From Dehalococcoidia bacterium (lineage in GTDB: Bacteria > Chloroflexota > Dehalococcoidia > Plut-88900): DNA of 64,000 nt. Below, piece by piece: positions 18,848 to 28,129 of this stretch (its first letter is position 1; each line of letters starts with the position of its first letter). The notes below the pieces were generated by a model. That model was not told where the DNA came from, did not search any database, and was given only the letters and a program-made list of their open reading frames with translations. Made by a program: the position numbers and the translations under genes. The stretch is taken from positions 1,504,001 through 1,568,000 of the forward strand of contig OZ240219.1 of NCBI GenBank assembly GCA_965197645.1. The letters run 5' to 3'.

Positions 18848-20080
18848 TCACTCCAATCGGCGGATCCGGGGCAGTCCAATGGCGGTGGACAAGCTGACGG
18901 CCGTCAATACGCTGCCGTTGATCAGCAGTGCGACAGGAGCGCTCCAGATGGAGGCCATGCCGGCTACACCCAGGTGACCCACTGGCGCTACACCGATGCT
19001 GAAGGCCCAGGAGCCCATGGCCCTGCCCCGCTGCTCGTTGGGGACGTTGGCCTGCATCAACGTCTTGTACAAAGTATCGGCGATGGAGGCGCACACGTTT
19101 ATCAGAAACAGCGCCAGGAGGAAGAGGACCAGATTTTCGGATACGTAGGTCGCCATCTGGCCCAGCCCGAAAATGGTGGAGGCGGCGAACATGATCAACC
19201 CCTTGCGACTACCTCCACGAAGACCAGCGAGAAACAGGAGTCCCGTCAGTCCGCCCAGCTGGGTACAGCCTATCATCAGGCCGAGTCCGATAGAGCCCAC
19301 ATCGAGAACGTCACGGGCAAACACCGGCAGCACAGTCTGGTGGGTGAAGCCGAAAACCTCGGTGAATGCGGCCAGAAACATGAGGATCAGCAGTGTGCGG
19401 TTGTGACGAAGCTGCTCTACGTACCCGGCCAGGTTCCGCAGTACCGATTGCCGTTGAGTGAGAGCCAGTTGGCCAGGCTCTCTGGTCATGAGCAGGACTC
19501 CCGTAGCCACAAGATAGATGCCGCAAACGACGACGTATTGGCCCCCCGTCCCGATCCAGGTTATAACTACGCCGGCGATGAGGGACCCGATCAGGCCACC
19601 GATTCGGAACCCGATGGAAGTCAACGCCATCCCGTTCAGGGCGTAGCCGTGACCGACGATATCGTATGTGTAGGCCTGGCTGATGGTGTTCAGGAATGTC
19701 CTCAGACATCCAATGGCAGCGGCGAGTACGATGACCTGCCAGACCTGGAAGGCGTCCGTCAGTATTACCAGAGCGATGAGGCCCGCCACACCGCTCAGCA
19801 GGAACATGATGAATCTTAGGAACAGGCGACGATCGACTCTATCGGCTATCGCCCCGGATAAAATGCCCAGGAAGAACATGGGCGCCATGCTCGCCGAGAC
19901 GGCGACACCCACCATGAAAGGGGAGTCGGTCCTATCCAGCACCAACCATCCCAGGGTGACGTTCTCCATCCCCCAGCCCAGGGAGTGGCAGGTCAGCCCG
20001 GCCCAGAGTATGCGAAAGTCCCGATATTGAAAGGACGCTCCGATAGCGGTGCGCCCTCTTAGGGCGGACCTGACTGCCAT
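18848..20080 (-). CDS. MFS transporter
   Basis: About 12 TM; motif A GAIADRVDRR; QRGRAMG. Confidence 0.9.
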   Translation of the reverse strand: MAVRSALRGRTAIGASFQYRDFRILWAGLTCHSLGWGMENVTLGWLVLDRTDSPFMVGVAVSASMAPMFFLGILSGAIADRVDRRLFLRFIMFLLSGVAGLIALVILTDAFQVWQVIVLAAAIGCLRTFLNTISQAYTYDIVGHGYALNGMALTSIGFRIGGLIGSLIAGVVITWIGTGGQYVVVCGIYLVATGVLLMTREPGQLALTQRQSVLRNLAGYVEQLRHNRTLLILMFLAAFTEVFGFTHQTVLPVFARDVLDVGSIGLGLMIGCTQLGGLTGLLFLAGLRGGSRKGLIMFAASTIFGLGQMATYVSENLVLFLLALFLINVCASIADTLYKTLMQANVPNEQRGRAMGSWAFSIGVAPVGHLGVAGMASIWSAPVALLINGSVLTAVSLSTAIGLPRIRRLE

Positions 20081-20112
20081 ATGCGGGCGGCCGTTCCTTC
20101 GTTTACCCTGGG

Positions 20113-21285
20113 CTAGGCGAAGGGGGTATACCCGGTGGTGGTCATCTGCTTGAGACCGGTGGCGGTAACCTCGAACATGTCCTCCAGCTTCACAACGACC
20201 GTTTGACCACGGGACTCTACGGCCGTCTCCGGCTCAAGGGCGATGACCATGTTCTCCTCTAGGGCAACATCCTTGGTCATCATCTCCGGTCTGTAGATAA
20301 TGGGCAGCTCACAGGCGCGAAGGCCCACGCCGTGTCCCAGCGCATAGGGCGTGGTGGGGTAACCGGAGTTGCGCAGATAGTCGTTCAGCACCTTGTCGAT
20401 CTGGGACACCGGCACCCCGGGCTTGGCGACCTCTTGGGACGCCTGGTGGGCCTCCATCAGGACCTTGTAGGCCTGCTGCACCTCTTTCGGGGGTTCGCCG
20501 GCGAAGCCCGTGCGGCACATATCGGAGCCGTATCCGCCTTTAACGTAGCAGCCCCAGTCGAAGGCCATGGTGTCGCCGTCCCATAGCATGTTGCCCTTGG
20601 GAAACCAACCGCCGGTGACCTGGCTTTCGCCCTGTATACAGACGTTGTGAGTGATGTACTGGGCGCCCATCGATCGCATCGTGTGGTCCACGGCGGCGAT
20701 AACTTCGAAGTCTATGGCCCCTTCCCGGATGGCCCGGATACCCGACGCACCGCCCAGGGAGGCGATCTCGGCGCTGCAGCGGATCAGCTTGACCTCTTCG
20801 GGGTGCTTGATCTGTCTCGCTTCGGCTATCGGCATGTAGACGGAGCTGAACTGGACATTCGGCAGCGACTCGCCCAGAGCGCCGTAAAGCTGGAAGGGCA
20901 TGAAATCAACACCGACCTTCTTCGCCTGCACGGCCTGGAGCCTGTCCGATAGCGCCTTGATCCAGATCCCCTCCTGGGTAATGCTGGAGACCCACGAGGG
21001 CATGGGAACATACTCTCTGATCCAGGGGAAGTTGGGCAGAGGGTTGGGGATGACCTGGTCGACGTAGGGGATGAAGAGAGAGGCCTCGCCGTCGCTGGTG
21101 ATGACCGCGGCGAACCAGTCGAAGGCCTCGCAAACGAGGAAGACGCCACAGTCGGTGGCGTAGCGGATGTTATCGTGGCCCATGAAGACAAGGGTATCGA
21201 CGTCGGCGTTGCGCATTACATCTTTGACGACATCGGTGCGGTACTTTCGCAGAGCATCCCAATCTATGTCAGGAAACTGGTACAT
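20113..21285 (-). CDS. M24 (creatinase/Xaa-Pro peptidase/DddP-like) metalloenzyme
   Basis: NIRYATD N-domain; metal ligands in FDWG, SDMCRT, GHGVG, LEPE, LED. Confidence 0.85.
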   Translation of the reverse strand: MYQFPDIDWDALRKYRTDVVKDVMRNADVDTLVFMGHDNIRYATDCGVFLVCEAFDWFAAVITSDGEASLFIPYVDQVIPNPLPNFPWIREYVPMPSWVSSITQEGIWIKALSDRLQAVQAKKVGVDFMPFQLYGALGESLPNVQFSSVYMPIAEARQIKHPEEVKLIRCSAEIASLGGASGIRAIREGAIDFEVIAAVDHTMRSMGAQYITHNVCIQGESQVTGGWFPKGNMLWDGDTMAFDWGCYVKGGYGSDMCRTGFAGEPPKEVQQAYKVLMEAHQASQEVAKPGVPVSQIDKVLNDYLRNSGYPTTPYALGHGVGLRACELPIIYRPEMMTKDVALEENMVIALEPETAVESRGQTVVVKLEDMFEVTATGLKQMTTTGYTPFA

Positions 21286-21412
21286 CTCTACCTCCTGTAT
21301 GGATCAAGATTTGTGTTGCCCCGAACGTCCCGGCGTGCAGGACTACTCGGATTTCTGAGACGGGCCCCTTCTCCTGCTGGCAGTTTAACATAGGAACCAT
21401 CGGTCACAAGGA

Positions 21413-21441
21413 TTGACTTGTCATAAGATGAGGACTATGAT
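21413..21441 (+). promoter_or_regulatory. Sigma70 promoter of SBP copy 1
   Basis: TTGACT-N17-TATGAT. Confidence 0.7.
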
Positions 21442-21568
21442 TCCACTGAAAAGGTTATCGGCGCCGGGGGTGATTCAAATGTGAGAAGGGTTTGATAAGA
21501 CTGGAGTTGGACCGCCACAAGAGGTCGGCCGGATTCTATTGCACCAGATGTGACAAGGGGGGATCAAG

Positions 21569-23478
21569 ATGATTACCAGGACTAGAGTTCCCTGGATCTT
21601 ACTGAGCCTATTGGTCATCATAGGAATCATAGCGGCGGCCTGCGGCGAGGCCAGTACTCCCACGCCGGAACCGGCAACCGTTGCCGCGGTGCCCGAGACA
21701 GAGGAGACTACACCCGACGCCCCAGTCGCTACAACCACCGCCCCGGATGCCGAATCTTCTCCCGAATCGGCCACTGACGTTTCAACTCCGGCTTCCGTCA
21801 TAGCCCCCGAAATTGACGAGATGCCAGTTTGCTTAAGTCCAGAGGATAATCCCGTACACGGTGGGACCTTGCGTGTGACTTCCTATGAACCCGCCAGTTA
21901 CGACGCCGGCGGGGCGTTGGATTCCTACGCGGCCGCCTCTTCCCAGAGTTTTACCCACCTGACCCTGGCCACGTGGCACATCTGCGACTGGAGGGACACG
22001 CTGGACTTCACCCCTTACCCCTACCTGGCGGAGTCCTGGGATGTAAGCGAAGATGGGTTGAGCTACACCTTCCACCTCAGGAAAGGAGTCAAGTGGGAGA
22101 ATCGGCCTCCCCTCAACGGCAGAGAGGTCACCGCCCACGACGTGGTATTTTCCTTTAACCATCACATGGAGAACAGCCCCAACCTGGGCCTGCTGGGGCC
22201 GCTATCCTCCGTCAGAGCTATCGATGATTACACGGTGGTGTTTACCACTGACGCGGTCTACGTTCCATTCATGACCTATATGGCCCACCCCTACTTCCCC
22301 ATCTATGCACCGGAAGTACTGGAGGAGTTCGGCAGTTTCGATTCCGTAGAATCCAGCATAGGTGCGGGCCCTTGGAGGTTGATCGAACACCAGTCCGGCG
22401 TGAAGCAGGTCTTCGTGAGGAATCCGGACTACTTCCGGGGCCCCAACGGTATAACCGGCGAAGAACTGCCCTACATCGAGCGGGTAGAGTCCTTCTTCGT
22501 TACCGATGACGCCAAAAACTGGCCATGTACAGGGGACATGAGATAGACGTGGGGCCAGCCTTCTACTACTGGGGTCACTGGTCCGGCGACAATGACGTTT
22601 ACGAAGCGCTTAAAGGGACCGATCCCGCACTGGTCGAAGATTTCCGGAGCTTCAGCACCAGTCCCTTCCCACTCTGGAGGATGCAGGCTAAAGTGGACAG
22701 ACCTCCCTTCAACAACGAAAAGCTGCGCCAGGCGGTATCCAGGGTCATAGACCGCACCTTCACACCCTGGGCCGGCACCTGGGGCGTCGTCGAAGCCAGA
22801 GAGTTCAACTTCGATTATTCTATGTTCCTGCCGTGGGAGAATCTTACAGAGCTGGGCAGGGCCAACTACCCCAGGGACGCAGCAGACAACCCCATCAGGG
22901 ACATCGCCAGCGCCAGGGCATTGGTGAACGAGGTCAAGGAAGAGATGGGCCTGTCGCCCGACGAGAAGATCGACGGGGGCACGATTTACACTCACAATCT
23001 GGCCGATTATTTCGCCGGGATTGCGGAGTTGATCAAGGCCTGGCTGGACGAGATCGACATCGAAACGGAAATCGTGGTGCTCGACTACACCGAGTGGAAC
23101 AGCAGCATCGTCCTGCCGCCCTTCGACTGGTGCTGCATCCAGTGGTCCTACGGGTTCGCCGGCCTGGACCCCGACAACTACTTCTACCGGAACTTCCATC
23201 CCAACGGTGATGACAACCGGACCGGTATCGACGACCCACACCTCACCTCTCTAATAGAAGCCCAGAGGAGTGAGTTCGGGTCCGAGGCCCGCCTGGAGAT
23301 CATGTACGACATCCAGAGATATCTGGCGGAGAAGCAGTACGAGTGGCGGGTGCCCAACTTCTTGGGCCAGAACATCTACCCTCCGTGGCTGAAAAACGTG
23401 GCCGGCCAGAAGGCCAGCTCAACCCAGGGATACTCCTTCATGTGGGCTTGGTTGACCGAAGAAGCACCCGGTCGGTAG
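21569..23478 (+). pseudogene. ABC transporter family-5 solute-binding lipoprotein, copy 1, split by a 1-nt frameshift at the A5 run 22514-22518
   Basis: ORFs 21569-22546 and 22525-23478 align end to end with copies 2 and 3 (DDATKLAMYRG junction); lipobox AAAC. Confidence 0.85.
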
Positions 23479-23497
23479 CAGGTCCAGATTCGACAGA

Positions 23498-23541
23498 CTC
23501 GCTAAGGCCCATCCCGCTGGAGCGGGATGGGCCTTAGCGAG
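23498..23541 (+). terminator. Terminator-like hairpin after SBP copy 1
   Basis: CTCGCTAAGGCCCATCCCGCT-GG-AGCGGGATGGGCCTTAGCGAG. Confidence 0.8.
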
Positions 23542-23587
23542 CCCGCCTCAAAAGGACGCACGTCCTGGTCTCAGCCACCATTAAAAA

Positions 23588-23616
23588 TTGACTAGTCACA
23601 ACTTGAGGGCTATCAT
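23588..23616 (+). promoter_or_regulatory. Sigma70 promoter of SBP copy 2
   Basis: TTGACT-N17-TATCAT. Confidence 0.7.
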
Positions 23617-23730
23617 TCCGCAAACAAGTCTATCGATACCAGCAGCGACTCGGATGTGGAGATGTTCGGCGAGACCGGACTTGAGCCGCTGTAGGAGATC
23701 GGCGGCAACCTTTGACACAAGGGAGACAAG

Positions 23731-25650
23731 ATGATAGCCAGACTTAGAGGTTTATGGATACTGTTGAGCCTCGTGATCGTTGTAGGAGTCATAGGCGCGG
23801 CTTGTGGTGAGGCGGCTACGCCTACTCCCGCCGCATCTACGCCTGAGGCGATGATGGAAGAAACTCCTGCAATGCCCGAGGCTACCGAAGAGGCGGAAGC
23901 CATGGAGCCTACGCCTACCGCCATGGCTGAAACCACGGCGGAGGAAGCCGCAGAAGCACAGGCGATGGCCGCAGTGGGTGAGATGCCCCAGTGCATGGTA
24001 GAGGGCGAAACTCCCAGCCACGGCGGTACGTTGCGCGTTACCTCGTACGAGCCCGCCAGCTACGATGCCATGGGCGCTCTGGACCCTTACGCAGGGGCCG
24101 TCACCGGGAGCTTCACACACCTGACGCTTACGCAGGCCGACTTCTGCGACTGGCGCGACACGGCGGACTACACCGTATACCCCTACCTGGCCGAGTCCTG
24201 GGAGGTGAATGACGAAGGAACCGTCTACACCTTCCACATACGGGACGGCGTCGAGTGGGAGGACCGGCCTCCTCTAAACGGCCGCGAAGTGACCGCCCAC
24301 GACGTGGCGTTCTCCTACAACCGGGTACTGGAAAACAGTCAGATCAAGGGCAGCCTCGGGCCTCTGGCGAGCGTGGAGGCGATTGACGAGGACACGGTGG
24401 TCTTCACACTGGCTACCCCGTATCCGGCATTCCTGCCCCACACGGCCAACTCCTACTTCCCCATCTACGCACCCGAGATACTGGAGGAGTTCGGTGGCTA
24501 CGACTCGCCGGAGTCCAACATAGGAGCGGGCCCCTGGATGCTCCTGGAGCATGAGCCGGGGGTCAAGCAGGTCTTCGTGCGGAACCCGAACTACTTCCGC
24601 GGCGCCGATGGCATCACCGGAGAAGGACTGCCCTACATCGACAGGGTGGAGGCGCTGTTCATAACCGACGACGCCACCAAGCTGGCCATGTACCGCGGGC
24701 ACGACATAGACGTCGGCCCGGCCTTCTACTACTGGGGCTGGTGGTCCGGTGACAACGACGTGTACGAGTCCCTGAAATCCACCGACCCCGAGCTGGCCCT
24801 GGATTTCCGGAGCTTCAGCGACTCTGCGTTCCCTCTGTGGAGGATGCAGCCCAAGATAGACCGGCCTCCCTTCGACAACGAGAAGCTGCGCCAGGCTGTG
24901 TCCCGGGTGATCGACCGTACGTTCACCCCGTGGGCCGGCACCTGGGGCGTGGTAGAGGCCAGAGAGATGAACTTCGACCACCCCTGGTTCCTGCCTTGGG
25001 ACCAGCTGACCGACCTGGGCAAGGCAAACTACCCGAGGGACGCCGCTGGTAACCCCATCCGTGACATCGAGAGTGCCAGGGCCCTGATCGCCGAGGCCAA
25101 GGCGGAGATGGGTCTAGGGCCCGACGACACGATCGACGCCGGGATCATCTACACCCACAACCAGGCCGATTACTTTGCCGGCCTCACCGAGCTTATCAAG
25201 GCCTGGCTGGCCGATATAGGCATAGAGTCCGAGATCGCCGTGCTAGACATCAGCGAGTGGAACACCACCATAGCCGTTCCTCCCTACGAGTGGTGTTGCA
25301 TCCAGTTTTCCTACGGCCACTCCGAGCTTGACCCGGACGGTTACTTCTACCGGAACTTCCACCCCGACGGTGACGACAACCGGGGAGGGATTGACGACCC
25401 GGCGCTGACGGCGCTGATCGATGCGCAACGAGCGGAGCAGGACCAGGAGGCTCGTAAGCAGATCATCTACGATCTGCAGGAGTACCTGGCGGAGAGACAG
25501 TACGAGTGGCGGATGCCCAACTTCCTGGCACAGAACATCTACCCGCCGTGGCTGAAGAACGTGGGTGCCCAGAAGGGCACCCTGGTCCCCAACCAGGGCT
25601 TCGCCTTTACGTGGTCCTGGCTGACGGAGGACGCTCCGACGAAGCAGTAG
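23731..25650 (+). CDS. ABC transporter family-5 solute-binding lipoprotein, copy 2
   Basis: Lipobox GAAC, P/T/E/A linker, LAESWEV..YTFHIR..GV.W, TAHDV, IGAGPW, PPFDN..LRQAV. Confidence 0.92.
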   Translation: MIARLRGLWILLSLVIVVGVIGAACGEAATPTPAASTPEAMMEETPAMPEATEEAEAMEPTPTAMAETTAEEAAEAQAMAAVGEMPQCMVEGETPSHGGTLRVTSYEPASYDAMGALDPYAGAVTGSFTHLTLTQADFCDWRDTADYTVYPYLAESWEVNDEGTVYTFHIRDGVEWEDRPPLNGREVTAHDVAFSYNRVLENSQIKGSLGPLASVEAIDEDTVVFTLATPYPAFLPHTANSYFPIYAPEILEEFGGYDSPESNIGAGPWMLLEHEPGVKQVFVRNPNYFRGADGITGEGLPYIDRVEALFITDDATKLAMYRGHDIDVGPAFYYWGWWSGDNDVYESLKSTDPELALDFRSFSDSAFPLWRMQPKIDRPPFDNEKLRQAVSRVIDRTFTPWAGTWGVVEAREMNFDHPWFLPWDQLTDLGKANYPRDAAGNPIRDIESARALIAEAKAEMGLGPDDTIDAGIIYTHNQADYFAGLTELIKAWLADIGIESEIAVLDISEWNTTIAVPPYEWCCIQFSYGHSELDPDGYFYRNFHPDGDDNRGGIDDPALTALIDAQRAEQDQEARKQIIYDLQEYLAERQYEWRMPNFLAQNIYPPWLKNVGAQKGTLVPNQGFAFTWSWLTEDAPTKQ

Positions 25651-25673
25651 GTCCGGACAGTAACAGACCACAA

Positions 25674-25710
25674 CTAAGGCCCATCCTGCTGCCGGCGGGA
25701 TGGGCCTTAG
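25674..25710 (+). terminator. Terminator-like hairpin after SBP copy 2
   Basis: CTAAGGCCCATCCTGCT...GGCGGGATGGGCCTTAG, same family as after copies 1 and 3. Confidence 0.78.
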
Positions 25711-25760
25711 CGCGCCTGTCCTAAAAGGACGCACGTCCTGGTCTCAGCCACCATTAAAGG

Positions 25761-25789
25761 TTGACTCGGCACATCTTGAGGGGTATGAT
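25761..25789 (+). promoter_or_regulatory. Sigma70 promoter of SBP copy 3
   Basis: TTGACT-N17-TATGAT. Confidence 0.7.
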
Positions 25790-25903
25790 GCCGCAGATAA
25801 ATCCATCGACGGCGGCACCCAGTCGAATGTGAAGATGTTCGGCGAGACCGGACTTGAGCCGCTGTAGGAGATCGGCGGCAACATTTGACACAAGGGGGAC
25901 AAG

Positions 25904-27838
25904 ATGATAGCCAGACTTAGAGGTTTATGGATACTGTTGAGCCTCGTGATCGTTGTAGGAGTCATAGGCGCGGCCTGTGGCGAGGCGGCTACGCCTACTC
26001 CCGCCGCATCTACGCCTGAGACGATGATGGAAGAGACGCCTGCAATGCCCGAGGCTACCGATGAGCCGGAAGCGATGGAGCCGACACCTACAGCCATGGA
26101 GGATGAACCCATGGAGGATGAACCCATGGAGGAGGAGGCTCCCTCACAGGTGATGGCAGCCGTGGGCGAGATGCCCCAGTGTATCGTAGAAGGCGAGACT
26201 CCTTTACACGGCGGCACGCTGCGTCTTACTGCATACGAACCCGCCAGCTACGATGCCATGGGCACCCTGGACCCCTATGGCGGATCGGTTACCCAGAGCT
26301 TCACCCACCTAACGTTAACGCAGGCCGATTTCTGCGACTGGCGCAACACCGCGGACTACACGGTATACCCGTACCTTGCCGAGTCCTGGGAGGTGAATGA
26401 CGAAGGAACCGTCTACACCTTCCACATACGGGACGGCGTCGAGTGGGAGGACCGGCCTCCTGTAAACGGCCGGGATGTGACCGCCCACGACGTGGCGTTC
26501 TCCTACAACCGGGTACTGGAAAACAGTCAGATCAAGGGCAGCCTCGGGCCTCTGGCGAGCGTGGAGGCGATTGACGAGGACACCGTTGTCTTCACGCTGA
26601 GCAGTCCCTTCCCGGCATTCCTGCCCCACACGGCCAGCTCTTACTACCCCATCTACGCACCCGAGGTGCTGGAGGAATTCGGCGGCTACGACTCACCGGA
26701 ATCCAACATAGGCGCCGGACCCTGGATGCTCTTGGAGCACGAGCCGGGAGTCAAGCAGGTCTTCGTTAGGAACCCGAACTACTTCCGCGGCGCCGATGGC
26801 ATCACCGGGGAAGAGCTGCCCTACATCGACCGGGTGGAGGCGCTGTTCGTAACCGACGACGCCACCAAGCTGGCCATGTACCGCGGGCACGACATAGACG
26901 TCGGCCCGGCCTTCTACTACTGGGGCTGGTGGTCCGGTGACAACGACGTGTACGAGTCCCTGAAATCCACCGACCCCGAGCTGGCCCTGGATTTCCGGAG
27001 CTTCAGCGACTCTGCGTTCCCTCTGTGGAGGATGCAGCCCAAGATAGACCGGCCTCCCTTCGACAACGAGAAGCTGCGCCAGGCTGTGTCCCGGGTGATC
27101 GACCGTACGTTCACCCCGTGGGCCGGCACCTGGGGCGTGGTAGAGGCCAGAGAGATGAACTTCGACCACCCCTGGTTCCTGCCTTGGAGCGAGCTGAGCG
27201 ATCTGGGAATGGCCAACTACCCCCGAGACGCGGAAGGCAATCCTATCAGGGACATCGAGAGCGCTAGGGCCCTGGTTGCCGAGGCCAAAGCAGAGCTGGG
27301 TATTGACCCCGACGACATGATCGACGCCGGGACCATCTACACCCACAATCTGGCCGACTACTTTGCCGGCATTACCGAGCTGATAAAGGCCTGGCTGGCC
27401 GACATAGACGTAGAGACCAGGATCGTAGTCCTGGACTGGACCGAGTGGAACACCAGCATCGCCATTCCTCCTTACGAGTGGTGCTGCATCCAGTGGTCAT
27501 ACGGGCACTCTGAGCTTGACCCCGACGGTTACTTCTACCGAAACTTCCACCCCAACGGCGACGACAATCGGGGAGGGGTGGACGATCCTACCCTCACCGC
27601 CATGATCGACGCTCAGAGGGCGGAGCAGGACCCAGAGGCCCGTAAACAGATCATCTACGACATGCAGGAGTACCTGGCTGAGAGACAGTACGAGTGGCGG
27701 GTGCCTAACTACCTGGCACAGAACATCTACCCGCCATGGCTGGAAAACGTCGGCGCCCAGAAGGGCACCCTGGTCCCCAATTCAGGTTTCGCGTTCACGT
27801 GGGCCTGGATGAGCGAAGACGCGCCCACCCGTCAGTAG
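25904..27838 (+). CDS. ABC transporter family-5 solute-binding lipoprotein, copy 3
   Basis: Close paralog of 23731-25650 with the same motifs. Confidence 0.92.
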   Translation: MIARLRGLWILLSLVIVVGVIGAACGEAATPTPAASTPETMMEETPAMPEATDEPEAMEPTPTAMEDEPMEDEPMEEEAPSQVMAAVGEMPQCIVEGETPLHGGTLRLTAYEPASYDAMGTLDPYGGSVTQSFTHLTLTQADFCDWRNTADYTVYPYLAESWEVNDEGTVYTFHIRDGVEWEDRPPVNGRDVTAHDVAFSYNRVLENSQIKGSLGPLASVEAIDEDTVVFTLSSPFPAFLPHTASSYYPIYAPEVLEEFGGYDSPESNIGAGPWMLLEHEPGVKQVFVRNPNYFRGADGITGEELPYIDRVEALFVTDDATKLAMYRGHDIDVGPAFYYWGWWSGDNDVYESLKSTDPELALDFRSFSDSAFPLWRMQPKIDRPPFDNEKLRQAVSRVIDRTFTPWAGTWGVVEAREMNFDHPWFLPWSELSDLGMANYPRDAEGNPIRDIESARALVAEAKAELGIDPDDMIDAGTIYTHNLADYFAGITELIKAWLADIDVETRIVVLDWTEWNTSIAIPPYEWCCIQWSYGHSELDPDGYFYRNFHPNGDDNRGGVDDPTLTAMIDAQRAEQDPEARKQIIYDMQEYLAERQYEWRVPNYLAQNIYPPWLENVGAQKGTLVPNSGFAFTWAWMSEDAPTRQ

Positions 27839-27862
27839 GCTTGGACGCACAGACAGACCAAA

Positions 27863-27894
27863 AGGGCCCATCCCGCTCCGGCGGGATGGGCCTT
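27863..27894 (+). terminator. Terminator-like hairpin after SBP copy 3
   Basis: GGCCCATCCCGC-TCCG-GCGGGATGGGCC. Confidence 0.78.
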
Positions 27895-28129
27895 AGCGCG
27901 TCCGTATGACCTTGTCGAAAAAGCTCGGATGTTGTTGTCCCGGCCGCCCGCTCCAGGCCGATTTTGTAGTTGGGGGGCCACATCCCCACTCTCCTAGCAG
28001 TCGAAAACGGAGGCGCCAGCGTTCCCAGTCGGCTGTGTGCCCTACCCTGCCCTCACATTAAGGGAAAGAGACAGACCCTCTGGACTCCCTCTACACAGAG
28101 TTCTGAGGTAGGATCGTATGACAAGGGAG

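Noticed and set aside
18704-19819. Long antisense ORFs (e.g. 18704-19819, 30176-31138, 61067-62338, 56778-57770, 50474-51403)
   Set aside because: They shadow well-supported genes on the opposite strand, as expected in high-GC DNA, and show no motifs
26095-26135. ATGGAGGATGAACCC tandem repeat in the SBP copy 3 linker
   Set aside because: In-frame low-complexity linker expansion (MEDEP x2), ordinary for lipoprotein tethers
21569-27838. Diversity-generating retroelement behind the SBP repeats
   Set aside because: No reverse transcriptase, and the differences are not adenine-specific
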